A stretch of DNA of 64,000 nt, taken from Lama guanicoe (taxonomy: Eukaryota). The position numbers were made by a program, and so were the translations under genes. Under the pieces are notes generated by a model, which worked only from the letters and a program-made list of their open reading frames with translations, was not told the DNA's origin and did not search any database. The stretch is from assembly GCA_013239625.1 (NCBI GenBank), contig MU053933.1:3463817-3527816 (forward strand), written 5' to 3'. Below are positions 10,251 through 22,700 of this stretch, piece after piece. Numbering within the stretch: the first letter of the stretch is position 1; each line of letters starts with the position of its first letter.

Positions 10251-11973
10251 CAGGCGGTTGTCTCCGTGCTGGGCCTGGAAGCTCCAGACGCGGGGACAGA
10301 GCCTCCCAGGAGATGTCACGTCCCTGAACTGCAGATGCCCCCTAGAACTCAGGGCGGTCCTGGGGTCAGTGTTTATCATCCACGGACTGTTTCTCATTCT
10401 TTTGGGGCTTATTGTGCCATTAAGCCGTATGCTGACCGGACCGGGCCCTCAAGCCGGTGGAGAAGGCTGTGAGCCCCGCCCCACCCCACCCCATTCTAGT
10501 CAAGGGGGAGCCGCTGCAGTGTTCGGTTGAACCCTGTGAAGTGGCTGTTGAGGTCAGACATGGCCAGACGTTGGGAATTTCACGTGGACCAGCTAGTAAG
10601 AGGTATTCAGTGCTAGTTTCTCCCTTGAGGAAACCACATGGCCACTGCATTAAGAGATCATTCGGAGCACAACTTTCAGAGTGTTGTGAGGCAGAGGCAG
10701 GGACAGCAGGGTGACAGGCAGAGGACAGAGTGGCCTCCTCAGGTCGCTCACTGCAGGTGAAACTCCTGATTGGGGTTTGAAGAGTGAGGCCTTAGCCTGT
10801 TTTCCCCCCTTTGCATGTGCCTGGCACACATGAAGGTCAAGAGATGCCAGGGAGCTGGAGTTTAGTACTGTTTTCCCAGCTTGCCAGTGTTTGTAAATGT
10901 GCCTGAATGTTGCTTGAAGGAGTGTTGAGGGTGATAAGGAGGATTAACTTCCTTTCAAGAAGAAACAGACACCCCTAGTTGGGTGATCACAGGCCAGAGA
11001 CCAGGACTGTGGTGCAGGAAGACAGCTCACGGTTGGTTAGATTTGATGGAACAGGGCACAAAACAGACAGGTCCAGGGCTGGTTTTGAAGCCAGGGTCTG
11101 TTCTTGAGAGATGGTTTTTCTCACGTAAATTGCCTTATGTGATTTTCTGCGTCCTTAAAATTGGACAGTGCTGTCATCATTCACACAAACATTTGTGAAA
11201 TGTGTTTGCTGTTGTGACCATAGTTGTCATTTGAGGGCTCTTTCACCCTGTGAAATGCTGATGTTAGGTGTCGGACCTTTGAATAATGGGCTAGTGGGTG
11301 ATGGTGTGTGGACAGAGCCTAAACCCCCAGATTTGAGGGACTGAGCAGTGCCTTCTGACGGGGACATTCTGTGGAGGTCCCTGGTGCTTTGGTGAGCTGT
11401 GTTGTGAAAAATGGAACATCTGATTTCTTAAAGGAGAATGTTAGGTTGACCTGGCTTAATTAATTTTTTGCTATTTCTGTACCTTGTCTCAGAATCCATG
11501 GCAAGGATGGCTAGGCTGTAAATTTCCCTGACTGGGGGGAAAATGGGGCAAAAAGGGAGAGATTTAGCTTTCTTGTAGTTTTAAATCTTAAACATTCCTT
11601 GATTAAACTGTCAGTTTTTAAAATAGATGTATTTTTAATTTTTAAAAAATTTTTCCTGTAAGCTGTCAGGGGCTAGAGAAGCTATCCTGCCAGTCAGCCT
11701 TACTGCTTTCTTTTGTCTGTAGACATTGTTAACAGTCCTCATTATTGGGTTCTTCGGGTGTAATTCTGAACTTACATCCTAGTATCGTGGGTTTTAATGG
11801 AGGCAGTGTTGGTGGTACAGGGATCTATCGGTTGACGGGAGCTGGCCAGGTGGGCCGAGTGGACTGAGCCAGCCCTGGGGCCTCATGTTCCCCGCGAGCT
11901 TGTCGGCTTTGTGGTTCTGTTACTCCTTCCTTGCATACCTCTGTCTCTACTACTTCTCTGCATTTTTGCGCAG

Positions 11974-12177
11974 CTTGCTCACTTCCGACAGAGAAAAACC
12001 AAAGGTGACGGTGCGCACCCGAAGAAAAAGACGGCGAAGAGGAAGGGCCCGGCTGTCGATGCGCCTGTCCAGGAGGAGAGCCCGGTAGCCGCCGAGGACC
12101 AGGGGCTTCTGGGAGGACGGGGCGTTTGCAGGAGCTCAGTGTGCGGCGACCCCCCTGCTGGCGCGGGAGCAGCTCCG
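11974..12177 (+). CDS. PCNT: Pericentrin exon 2 (LAHFRQRKTKGD...GAAP)
   Basis: Acceptor tttttgcgcag|CTT, donor CCG|gtaggt; 204 nt, phase 0/0; LAHFRQRKTKGD motif. Confidence 0.95.
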
Positions 12178-13169
12178 GTAGGTTTCCTGTTTATTTTCTA
12201 GTTACTGCTGGCACAATCTGCTGAGAGCGGTCTTTGGCCCATCACAAGTAGGGGAAAGGGGCTTTATTTTAGCTTACGAGAGGGAAGTATATGTTTGTGG
12301 TTTTATTCCTAATTAAAGTTTTATCTTTATTATGTGATTTTTGAGAAATTTTGGATGGACTGATTGAGGGCTGGTGTCAGTATTGGTGTCACTTTGGTGC
12401 TGGGAGTTTTATACGTGTGACTCCCTGGAGTCTGGCTGAGTACATCAGCACCTCTAGTGGGTTTTTGGACACTTACACCGTAATAGCCCTTCACCTGCTC
12501 TCAAATCCACCTAATTGTCAGGGTGTCTTGCTGGACGAGGCGGCACTGTCTGCTGCTTGTGGCCCTGTGAGCTGTAGGGCAGGTGTGGACCTGGGTGCTG
12601 AGTGCGCAGGACCGCCCTGGGCCTCCCAGTTGCTGTGTGTGGGTGCTGTGTGTGTTACTAGCAAGGGGCCTTGAACTGGCGGTACCCTTTGCTTGTGTGC
12701 AGCAGGGCGGGTGTAGCTGTGTGCTGGGCTGAAGATAGGCTGAAAACTGGGGGTTCAGGGCAGAATTTGACTCAAAATCGTGCTGTGTCTGGGCTGCCTT
12801 ATTGAAAAAAGTGGAATGACTGCCAGCATATAAAGTTTATGACATTCAACCTGCAAACCTGGAATGTTGCTTCTTGTGAAAAGTTGGAAGACCAAGCCAT
12901 GGTGCTCCCGCTTTGCCTGGAGCAGCTGGCCGGACCTCTGGTGGCTGAGCCTTTGGACCAGCCTGTGACCGGATCAATCTCCCTCCACTCCCTGTGGTCT
13001 CACAGGTCTGAGGTCGGAGGTCAGTGGCCTTCATGAACTCCTCTTGTTGCTTCTCTGGGTGGAGCAGTGGTTCTCAGCAACCTTGTCTCATCCCAGCTGA
13101 GTCAGTAACGGCTTCGTGGAGAGGATATGTGCTGCGGAAGTGAGCACAGACCAGTCTTTTTTATTTTAA

Positions 13170-14590
13170 GTTAGAAGTTTTATATTTTTTAGCGTTTCAT
13201 TTTCAAATAACATCAGACTTACAAAAAAACTTGCAAAAAGCAGCCAAGAGTTTCTGTATACCCTTCACCTAGCTTCCTGAAATACTGACACCTCTGTAAT
13301 CATAGCATAAATCGCAAATCAGGCTCAGTTAACGTGGAAATAATACTGTGAGCTCATTCGTAGAGCTCATTCTGATTTCTCCTGTTTTCTGGCCCAGGAA
13401 TCTGCATTGCATTTCAGTGCCTTGTCATCTCGGGTTCCTCCAGTCCAGGACAGTCTTTCAGTCGTCTTTGTCTTTTATAAATTCGACACTTGCAGAGCAC
13501 TAGCTAAGTATGTTGTAGAATACCCGTCGATTTGGGTCTGTTTGATGTTTCCTTCCAATTGAAGTCAGGGTGTGCGTTCTGGCAGGAACACTGTGGAGGT
13601 GACGGCGCTGTGTGCTCAGGTGGTGTTGGTGTTCGATGCGTCTCACTCCTGGTGATGCCGACCATGACCTCTTAGCTAAGGAGGGGCTGTCCAGGTTTGT
13701 CCTGATGGAAAGTTTCTGTTTCTCCTTTGTAGTTAGTACGTGTGCTGTGTGGAGGTGCTTGGAGACCCTGTAAACATCCCACTTCTCATCATACTTTCTT
13801 CCGTTAGTTTTAGCTTCCATCCAAGATTCTTGCCTGCGGCAATTAATATGGCGGCGGTGGCCACGTGGTGACTTTCTGTGTCTATCTTTCCACCTACATA
13901 TATTAACTGGCATTTTACTCTAAGGAAAAACTGTTGGTGCTCTCCAGTTTGTTTATTTATTCAGTAATTTGTATCAGCCGTGGACTACTGGATACTTATT
14001 CTGTGAGTTTTAATCCATCATGTCTGTGTTTATTTTGTTGTTGAAATATACACATTTGGCCATTTGGAACGCTTTTGAACTGTTGTCTGTGACCTTTAAA
14101 CATGCCTTCGTTTTCTGGCACCAGGATTGCTCAGGCTTATTCTGTCCTTTCCCTGCTGCATCCCTGAGATCAGCCGTTTCTCTAAGGAGCCCTGGTTCCT
14201 TTCAGTGGAAAATGGTATTCAGAAACCAAGAGCTGGGTGCTAGGTACGCTTATTGCCAGTGGGTGTCGTTGCTTCTAGGCTATTTCAGCAGACAGAGCTG
14301 GAAAATATAAATGTACGTATATACACACACTGCTACATCTGTTTCTTTGTCTATTTGTATGTACAATACAAACCATGAATTCACACTAATATCTTCAATT
14401 CCAGTGCAACACCACAGAATTTATTCTAGCTTTTCCCCTCTCCTTATTTTAAGCTCCCCTTTCCCATAGTGAGAGGCCTGGTTTCTTCCTCTGCAATATC
14501 TGTACTTATTCATTCAGTCTTAAAATACACACAGATTAGTTTCAAAATTGTTAATCCACACCCCTGTGAAAAACAGGTTTACTAACTAGA
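13170..14590 (-). mobile_element. Old degraded L1 3' fragments, approximate ends
   Basis: L1M-type 3'-UTR motifs (acccttcacctagcttcc; ggagccctggttcctttcagtggaaaatggtattcagaaaccaagagctgggtgctagg). Confidence 0.65.
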
Positions 14591-14603
14591 GTATTTGTTC
14601 ATG

Positions 14604-14809
14604 CAGGTCTCCCCAGTTATCGGAAGTTTGCGTTACACCAGTTCATTTTTACGAAGGACCTACGTTAGTACCTGTGTTTGTTGACAGAAAGCACTCCAAA
14701 GAGGGTTTTGACTTTTATGAAGAAAGGTCATTGCTGCTTCACTTGAGGCCATTTTGGCCTATGCAAGGTTTCATAGGGGCACTCTGCTTTTGGATTGTGG
14801 GGGAACCTG
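14604..14809. mobile_element. TcMar/Tigger-type MITE
   Basis: Imperfect terminal inverted repeats caggtctcccca ... tgggggaacctg, flanked by TG on both sides (possibly a decayed TA TSD). Confidence 0.65.
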
Positions 14810-16282
14810 TGGTTTTATTGTCTGGCGTCCCAAGTCGTTTTGCTTGGCTCTTCGATTCCTTATCTCTTTGCTGTGGTTATTTTCCTCACTGACAGTACGG
14901 TTTTACTTGTTTCGTTGTTTGCATTCTGTTTTGGTTCTCACATCCAGGTTGATTTTATGTGACTGTTTTCTGAGTAAGTGAAAGGTTAATTACCGGGGTT
15001 CTAAAAATCAGCTGTGTTCAGAGAATGTCATGTCCTCCTCTTCCTGTCACCCCATTCACACCCACCCCTGCAGACGAACAGTCTCTTTAATTTCTGGTTT
15101 ATCCTTACATTTCTTTTTGCACAGACGAATAAGTGCACGTTTGTTCTCTTACATCCCTTTTTATGGGAAAGGCTCTGTGCTAGCAACAGTCTTCTGCACG
15201 TGGCTCTTTCCTGTAGCGGCAGGCCTGGACTCACTCTGTGTCAGTTCGTAGCGCTCTCCCTCACTCATTTTTCATAGCCACATAGCACATGTGTCGAGTG
15301 GGCACGCTTTGGTCTCAGGTGCTCTCCTGGAAAGAGCGTTTAGGCTGTTTCCATTGCTTCCCATGCAGTGCTGTGGTGAATAACCTTGTTGGGATGTAAT
15401 TTATATTTTAGGACATACGTTTTCAGGGTAAGTTCCTGGAAGTAATTCAGAAGGTAAGTGCATGTAAAGTTCTTTGGAGTACTGCTCAGTTCCCTTCCAT
15501 AAGGGGTATACCAGTTGGATTTTCATCAGCAAACTGTGATACACCTGTTTCCCAACAGCCTCGTTAACACAGTCTCATCACACTTTGGAATTTTTAGCAT
15601 CTCGTTTCTCTTGGGTCAGAACCTGGGAGTAGCGTGGTTAGATCCTGTGGTAGGTGTGTGTTTAGCCTGTTAAAAATCTGCCAAAAATTGTTTTCCAAAG
15701 TGGATGTATCATTTTGCATTCCCACTAGCAATACAAATTCAGCAATAAAAAGGAATGGCATTCAAGATGTAGGGGAGCCTTATGTCCACATTGCTAAGTT
15801 GAAAGATGCCAGTCTGAGAGGCTACAACCATAAGATTCCATTTATATAACGTCTGGAAAAGGTACAACCGTAGAGGCTGTGAACGGATCAGTGGCTGCTG
15901 GAGGTTGGTTGAGGGGAGAATTAAACGGGAAACGTGGGGGTTTTTAGAGCAGTGTAACTATTCTGTATGGTAATGTCAATTAAAAAACCAGAAAGTATTT
16001 GCATGCAGGTTAGAAATGTCATTCAGGAGACTGGGGGATCCCAGGATGGAACTCAGAGTGTAACAAAAGGCCCTGACTGCATTCCAAGATGTGAGACCAC
16101 CTCCCTGGGGAGGGGGTGAGTCTGAGGGCAGAGCGACCTGCTCACAGGCACGTGCTCTGGTTGAGGGAGTTGCTCCCATGGGACGCAGGTTGACACTGGT
16201 GACCTGGCTGTTAGGTGCTGGGCCTGGAGCTTAGAGGGGGTTCGGTAGGGCCAGGTGTCTGCAGCCCTGATGGCCTCTGAGT

Positions 16283-17271
16283 CACCTGGAGGGTCAGCCT
16301 TCCCCTTCCTTGAAGGACAGTCCTGTTCTCAGTGGGTGGCTCTGTTGTCCTGTCAAATCCCAGAGGCGACACCTTCCTGTGTCCCCTCCCGCTTTCTCCA
16401 CCCCCTCTGTCCTGACGGGCAGCGTCTCCAGTCCTGGCCTCTGCTAAGGCGGCTGGTCAACCCCATGTTCACGCCACCGTCTTCTGCAGTGTTCTCTCCA
16501 TAGCACGCATCTCCTGCTTTGCTCAGGATTGACCAAACCTTCCAGTCCTGGTTCTTTTTGCTTAACCGTTCCTTCAGCTTCCCCCTCCTCCCACACTTTA
16601 CCTTCAGCTGGAGGAGAAGCCGGCAGCTCCCTCAGCACCCTGCTTGGGAGTCTCCTCCGCTAAACAGCCAGGCCCGCCCTCCCCCCGACGGGAGACCCCG
16701 GCCCAGCCAGGCCCGCCCTCCCCCCGACGGGAGACCCCGGCCCAGCCAGGCCCGCCCTCCCCACACCTGGAGGGTCAGCCTTCCCCTTCCTTGAAGGACA
16801 GTCCTGTTCTCAGTGGGTGGCTCTGTTGTCCTGTCAAATCCCAGAGGCGACACCTTCCTGTGTCCCCTCCCGCTTTCTCCACCCCCTCTGTCCTGACGGG
16901 CAGCGTCTCCAGTCCTGGCCTCTGCTAAGGCGGCTGGTCAACCCCATGTTCACGCCACCGTCTTCTGCAGTGTTCTCTCCGTAGCACGCATCTCCTGCTT
17001 TGCTCAGGATTGACCAAACCTTCCAGTCCTGGTTCTTTTTGCTTAACCGTTCCTTCAGCTTCCCCCTCCTCCCACACTTTACCTTCAGCTGGAGGAGAAG
17101 CCGGCAGCTCCCTCAGCACCCTGCTTGGGAGTCTCCTCCGCTAAACAGCCAGGCCCGCCCTCCCCCCCGACGGGAGACCCCAGCCCAGCCAGGCCCGCCC
17201 TCCCCTAGACGGGAGACCCCGGCCCAGCCAGGCCCGCCCTCCCCTAGACGGGAGACCCCGGCCCAGCCAGG
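16283..17271. repeat. Near-identical 481-bp tandem duplication, each copy ending in a 39-bp GC-rich minisatellite
   Basis: Copies start at 16283 and 16764; duplicated ORFs are offset by exactly 481; 39-bp unit gcccagccaggcccgccctccccccgacgggagaccccg. Confidence 0.97.
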
Positions 17272-17801
17272 TCCCCCGCATGTTAGGACAGGATGACCTT
17301 CTGTCCAGTTTCTGGTTGCTCACTCCCTGTTTCTGTCTGAGGTCTCCCTTCCAAATCATTGTAAACTTATGGGTCAAAACTATGGGAGAAAAATTCATTG
17401 GAAAACTTTAAACTCAAGTTTGAGAAAAGAAATTGAAAATACTATTCTGCAAATTAAGGAAAAGACTTATCTAAAAGAAAATCTTGAAGGATGAAATAGT
17501 TGGATTTATATAAAATTAAGAGCTTCGAAAATGTGCATGAATCTGAAAGAACAGAATTTGTTAAGAAACTAAAATGTAGCGATTTAAGCGTTAAGCCCGT
17601 GGTAAATGACTTGAAATGGCAGAATCCCTTGAGAAGAGGACAGCAGCGTCATTAGGGGAACGAGTCACAGTGAAGATGCTGAGAGCTTGAGAGCTGTGGG
17701 GGAGAGCGCAGAGGTGGTGGTGGGAGTGGAGGGGCTGGAAGGGCCTGAGGCTGCGCCCTGGGCGCTGCAGTAAGTGCTCTTCCCTGGCCCTTCCCTCTCA
17801 G

Positions 17802-17894
17802 CTGGAGGAGCCTGACCCCGAGAGGACCGAGGACTGGGAGCCGCAGCAGAAGCTGGATGGCGACTGTCTGGAACAGCCTGGGGTCATCACAAAG
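17802..17894 (+). CDS. PCNT: Pericentrin exon 3 (LEEPDPERTEDWEPQQKLDGDCLEQPGVITK)
   Basis: Acceptor ttccctctcag|CTG, donor AAG|gtattc; 93 nt, phase 0/0; resembles the start and one repeat unit of human exon 3. Confidence 0.85.
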
Positions 17895-19334
17895 GTATTC
17901 TTCTCCAAGATTCTGTAATAAGGTGTGTCCTTGTGGGAAGATTCTTCCCCGCGTGGTAGAAACCCAAGCCAGAGAGGTGGAAACCGGGCCGAGAAGCTGG
18001 AGGCCTGCTTCCTGAGTCTTGCCTCCTGAGTCGCCCTGCACGGAAGGTCTCCTTGAATCTGCGGCCTTGTGCCTTTTGATCGCATCTCCTGGATGCTGAA
18101 GGGAGGAGTTGCTGCTCACGCATCAGGGTGGCTGTCACTGCTCAGGTGCTTCCTGGGCCCTGCCCTCGTGGCCCTCTTGTTGGTCATGTGCCTGTGTGGC
18201 GGGGCTCCAGCAGGAGTGTGCGGGTGTGTCACCTGGAGACATGCGGGGAGGAGAGCTTGTGGGCTGGGGCAGTCTTACTGTCCCAGTTTCTGTACAGCGC
18301 GTGGTGTGGATTCCATGTGTTGCGTTGATTCCTTTTCTTTAATTGATTCAGTTTTGTTACACTTGGATACTGACCAATTTCAAAGTGCTATGTTAAAAGT
18401 CTTCGTTTTATTTTCTTTTACTTTTTATTGAAGTTTGGTCAATTTACAATGTTATGTTGGTTTCAAGTGTACAGCATAGTGATTCAGTAGTTTTATAGAT
18501 TATACTCCATTAAAATCAGTACAAAATAATGGCTATAATTGAAATTCTAAATTTTAGACATTTGCTTCTAGCTAGACTCTTCAGGCAGTGAGCAGTTTTG
18601 GCTTTTAATCTGCATTTTTATATAGCAGGGCCTGGAGAAAAGGTGTCTCGTGGGATCATAAAACCTACCCTTAACAGCACACTTGTGTGCTTGTTTCAAA
18701 CTCTGACTTGTAGCGTCCATGTGGAAATATACAGGAGACTTCCGCGCAGCCCAACGTGAATGCGTTGTCCCTCTGCAGGTCAGCAGCAGCAGGGCGGTGC
18801 TGGACCCCCGGCCCCAGCAGGCCCTGAAGTGGGCACCGTCCTGGCTTCTGTGCCGATTGTGCTGCAGAGCTGTGTGTGAATGGGTCAGATGGGGCTCTGG
18901 TCTCTTCTCGCCTTTACTTCAGACGTCGCTGCACCTTATGTTTGGGACGTGTGACTGGTGAACTGTGTGGGTGGTTTCTAAGTGATTCTGTCTTTTCACT
19001 GGGCAGTGAACTCTCTGACGTCTGATGTAGTCACCACGGTGCCTGCACTTATGCCAGACGTTTAGTTTGGCCTTTCTGTTGTCTTGCCTGTTTTCTTTTA
19101 TTTCTCCTTTTTCGCCGTCTTTGGATTGTTTTTTATCGGGGGGTTGGAAAAAATTCTCCCTTTACAGATTTTGAAGTAGTAATATACGGTTTCTGTTCTT
19201 TTAGTGGAGGGCTTATTAAATACAACACTTCATCTACGTCTGAATTTAATCAGCATGTTCACTTTCATCTGGCTTAGTTAAATACTCAAACTCCGTATAC
19301 TTCCTTAACCCTACGTTCTTGTCATGGTCTTTTT

Positions 19335-20024
19335 CTTAATTGTAGAATATGCGTAATGTGCCATTTTGACTATGTTTTGGTGGGCGGCTCAGTGGTGTTA
19401 ATACATTCGTAATGCTGTGCAACCGTCCCGTCATCATCTCCAGAGCTCTTGGCACCTTGTGAAGTGGAAACTCTGCCCATGAAACAGCATCCCCCTCCCC
19501 CGGCCACCGCCACTCTCCCGTCTGATGCTGACGGCTCTGCGTGCCTCGTGTACGCGGGCTCAGGTAGCTGTCCTCTGTGATGGCTCGGTTCCCTGCACAT
19601 GACCCCCTCCAGGCCCATGCATGTGGCAGCCTGTGTCAGAGTGCCATTCCTTTTTAAGGCTGAATAATAGTTCACCGTGTGGTTAGACAACGTCTGGCGC
19701 ATCTGTTCCTGTCTGAGACAGTTGAGTTGCTTCCACGTCCCAGCCGCTGTGGAACTGGGTGTGGGAAGATGATCTCTTTGAGACCCTGTGTCGGTTCTTT
19801 TGGGTATATGTGTTCCCAGACATGGGGCGGTTGGTCGTGTAGAAGTTCTGGTTTTGATTTTTTGAGAAACCACCACACTGTTTTGTGCAGCAGCTGCTCC
19901 ACATTAAATTCTTACCAGCCGCGCACAGAAGTTCTGTTCCTCCATGCCCTTCCTGGCACCTGCTCTAGGTGTCTTTGGAAGTGGCCGTCGTCGCAGGCGT
20001 GCAGTGCTTTGTGTGCATTTCTCT
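19335..20024 (-). mobile_element. Old L1 3' fragment (ORF2 end / 3' UTR), GC-eroded
   Basis: Motifs ccattcctttttaaggctgaataatagttc and tttttgagaaaccaccacactgtttt; the minus-strand ORF resembles the L1 ORF2 C-terminus. Confidence 0.8.
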
Positions 20025-20126
20025 TTTTAAAAACAATTTCTGACCCCTCGATTGGTCCTGCCGCCACCCAGGTGGGAGGCACGGTGTGCCCGGGTGGCGC
20101 CGCCCCACGACACCCTCTCCCCGCAG

Positions 20127-20349
20127 CCGCTGCCGCCCCTGGAGCTGGAGGCGCTGCGCCTGAGCCTGAGCGACCTGCACGCGGTGCAGCTGGAGCTGAT
20201 GCAGGCCAACCTGCAGCGGGAGAAGGAGACGGCGCTGACCGAGCTGCGCCAGATGCTCAACAGCCGGCACGCCCAGGAGCTGGCGCTGCTGCGCAGCCAG
20301 ACGCGGCGGGAGCTAGAGGAAATGGCACTGCATTGCAGCCGGGAGACAG
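20127..20349 (+). CDS. PCNT: Pericentrin exon 5 (PLPPLELEALRLSLS...HCSRET)
   Basis: Acceptor ctctccccgcag|CCG, donor CAG|gtatgt; 223 nt, phase 0/1; LELEALRLSLS...QANLQREKETALTELR matches PCNT. Confidence 0.95.
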
Positions 20350-21636
20350 GTATGTGGGCGGTGCGGGGCGGCCCGAGGCTGCAGTTCCTATGCTCCCCTG
20401 GCCCGGCGCTGCGTCCCGCTCGGCTGTCTCCGCACCTGGCGCCGCACGCTGGCCCTCGACAGGCTGTGTGGTTTCCGGGCCATCAGTGGAGGTGCCTAGC
20501 TCACACTGCCCCTCACTGCGCCTGGACCACCTCTCCATGGGCTGATTCTCTGGCCTTGACGTATACTTTTTTTTCATTTTAATGTTTCTTGGTACATTTT
20601 TTTGTTAGTCACTACTCTTTGTACAAGTCAGTTTTTTACAAAACAGCTTTACCGAGCTGTAATTCACGTACCATGTGATTCACATGTTTGAAGTGTTTGA
20701 AGGGAGCACTCGGTGGCTTTTCGTGGATCCACGGGGTTGGGCAAGCGTATCCCGTCTGCATTTAGGACATTTTTCACACCTAAGGAGACCCTGTGCCCGT
20801 TTCCCTGCTCTCCTGCCTGTTTGCTGAGCAGCCTCCCTCTCCCGGGGACCCGCCCACCCAGAGGAGCAGCCCCGTGGGCCCTTCAGCACCTCCTGCTTCT
20901 TCATGTGGGTTTAGGCATTGATGCTCGTTCTCCCCTGCTTTTGTTAAATTTTTAAAATTTGAAACATGGCTATCTTAGTTAAGCCTGTTCCAAGGCTGTT
21001 TTCCCCAGGTGCAGCCGCAGAAACAGGCCCGCGGAGAAGCCCACCCCACTCTCCGCTCCCTGAGGCTCTGCCGGGGGTGGGAGGAGGGGTCCTGTGGACC
21101 CTGCCTGATGGTGCCATCCTTCCCAGCTACACCCCCACTGTGCACCCCTTTCCTCCACACTCAGCCCGCCATCTGGCCTAGCCCCACCTCCCTCCTCTGT
21201 CCCTGGTGCCCACACCTCTTTGCTGGTGTGTCCTCCCTCTCGGGTGGAGAGCTGTTGGGCCCTGCTTCATTTGCTTTTCTTCCACCGCCTAGCCTGGAAC
21301 CTGGCTTGGAGGGATCCTGGACCACAGGGCTGGGAGCGGAGTGGACGGGCTGAGGTCCTCGTGACCAGAGGGCGTGGGCCAGCCTTGCCCACTTCTCCTG
21401 GATTGTCGTGTGGGCTGGATTCTCCTGTCCTCTGCTGTGACATGAATATGACTTGCTAATAAAACTGGACATCGTCACCTTGTTTCTCATAGACGTGTCC
21501 CACTGTCCTGTTAATGTTGGCAGGGGTTTGGTGGAGTGGCTGGTGGTGCTGGGAGCCCTCTCGCCTCCTAGGGGATCAGACTGTGGAACAGTCTGAGCCT
21601 CGGGAATCTGAGCGACTTTCTTCGTTTCTCTTGCAG

Positions 21637-21692
21637 CTGAGCTGAAGGAGAAGCTACAGTCGGAAATGGAGAAAAACACCCAGATGATAGAG
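21637..21692 (+). CDS. PCNT: Pericentrin exon 6 (AELKEKLQSEMEKNTQMIE)
   Basis: Acceptor tttctcttgcag|CT, donor GAG|gtgctg; 56 nt, phase 1/0. Confidence 0.93.
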
Positions 21693-22700
21693 GTGCTGGG
21701 ATGGGAAAGTGTCGTTCTGTGCACGCGGTGTTTTTCCTCCTCCCTCCCTCCTACGGGCCCCGCCCGGGCTCCTCACCTCAGTTCTGACAAAGCCTGGTTG
21801 AAGCTCAAGCTGTGTCAGTGGGAGCAGGACATGCTCCTTTCCCAGAGCCCCTCGTCCTGCGGTGTCTGTGGCCCGTGTGACTCGAGGCTCTCCACCCTGC
21901 CTGGTTTCCTGGGCGGCCCCACGGCCTGGCCCTGGCTGTGCGCCGGCACACCGTGGTCTGGGTGGATGGCCCCGGGGACTCAGGGGAGGTGGTGTGGGAC
22001 CAGCGTGCTGGCCGCGCCCTGTGGCCGTCCTGCTGCTCCCGCACCGCGCCCCTTCGGGGGCAGGAGCTCTGTTTAGGGGTATCAGAACGGCCCTTTTCTA
22101 GGAAGACTCTCACTGAACTCCTGGTCCTCGTGACCTGCCCCTTTCTCAGGGCTACGTCTGTAAAAGAACCGTTGGCACTGGTGGCGGCGGAGGATGTGGG
22201 GTGGGGCGCGGGTGACGCTGGAGGACATGTGTGACGTCAGAGCACGCGGACGTTTGTGTCCTGGCCACGCTGGCTGGGCCATCCGTGGGGGAGGGCTGTG
22301 CCCTGCCCTCTCCCCCTGAGCTGGACCGAGAGGGCTCGTTTCTCAGGGCTCTTGGGACAGAGCCCGGCGCCGGCAGCTTAGGGGTGTCGCAGTGGCACCC
22401 GGGTCTTGGTAGGGGATGGGGGCCTGACCGTCGGCCGAGTCGTGTGCTTTTGCTCAGAGCCTGGTTCTGTTTGTGGCAGGCGGTCCTCGCTCTTGTCCTG
22501 GCTGTTGGCCTGCAGGTGCTTCTGTTTCTGTCCCTCTAGAGTAGGGGGGCCGTTGACTGGACCTCCCTAGCTGGGTCCTGGGCTGCTGGCCTGGCCTCGG
22601 TGGGGTGACCGCCCACCCAGGGTTTCAGACACATCGTTGATGTTTCTTACTGTGGAGCATCTGCTGTTGGTGGTCACCTCCCTTTTCCTTATTTAACTAG

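Noticed and set aside
18211..18300. QECAGVSPGD stretch as a candidate PCNT exon 4
   Set aside because: Poor pyrimidine tract, no good in-phase donor and only trivial similarity.
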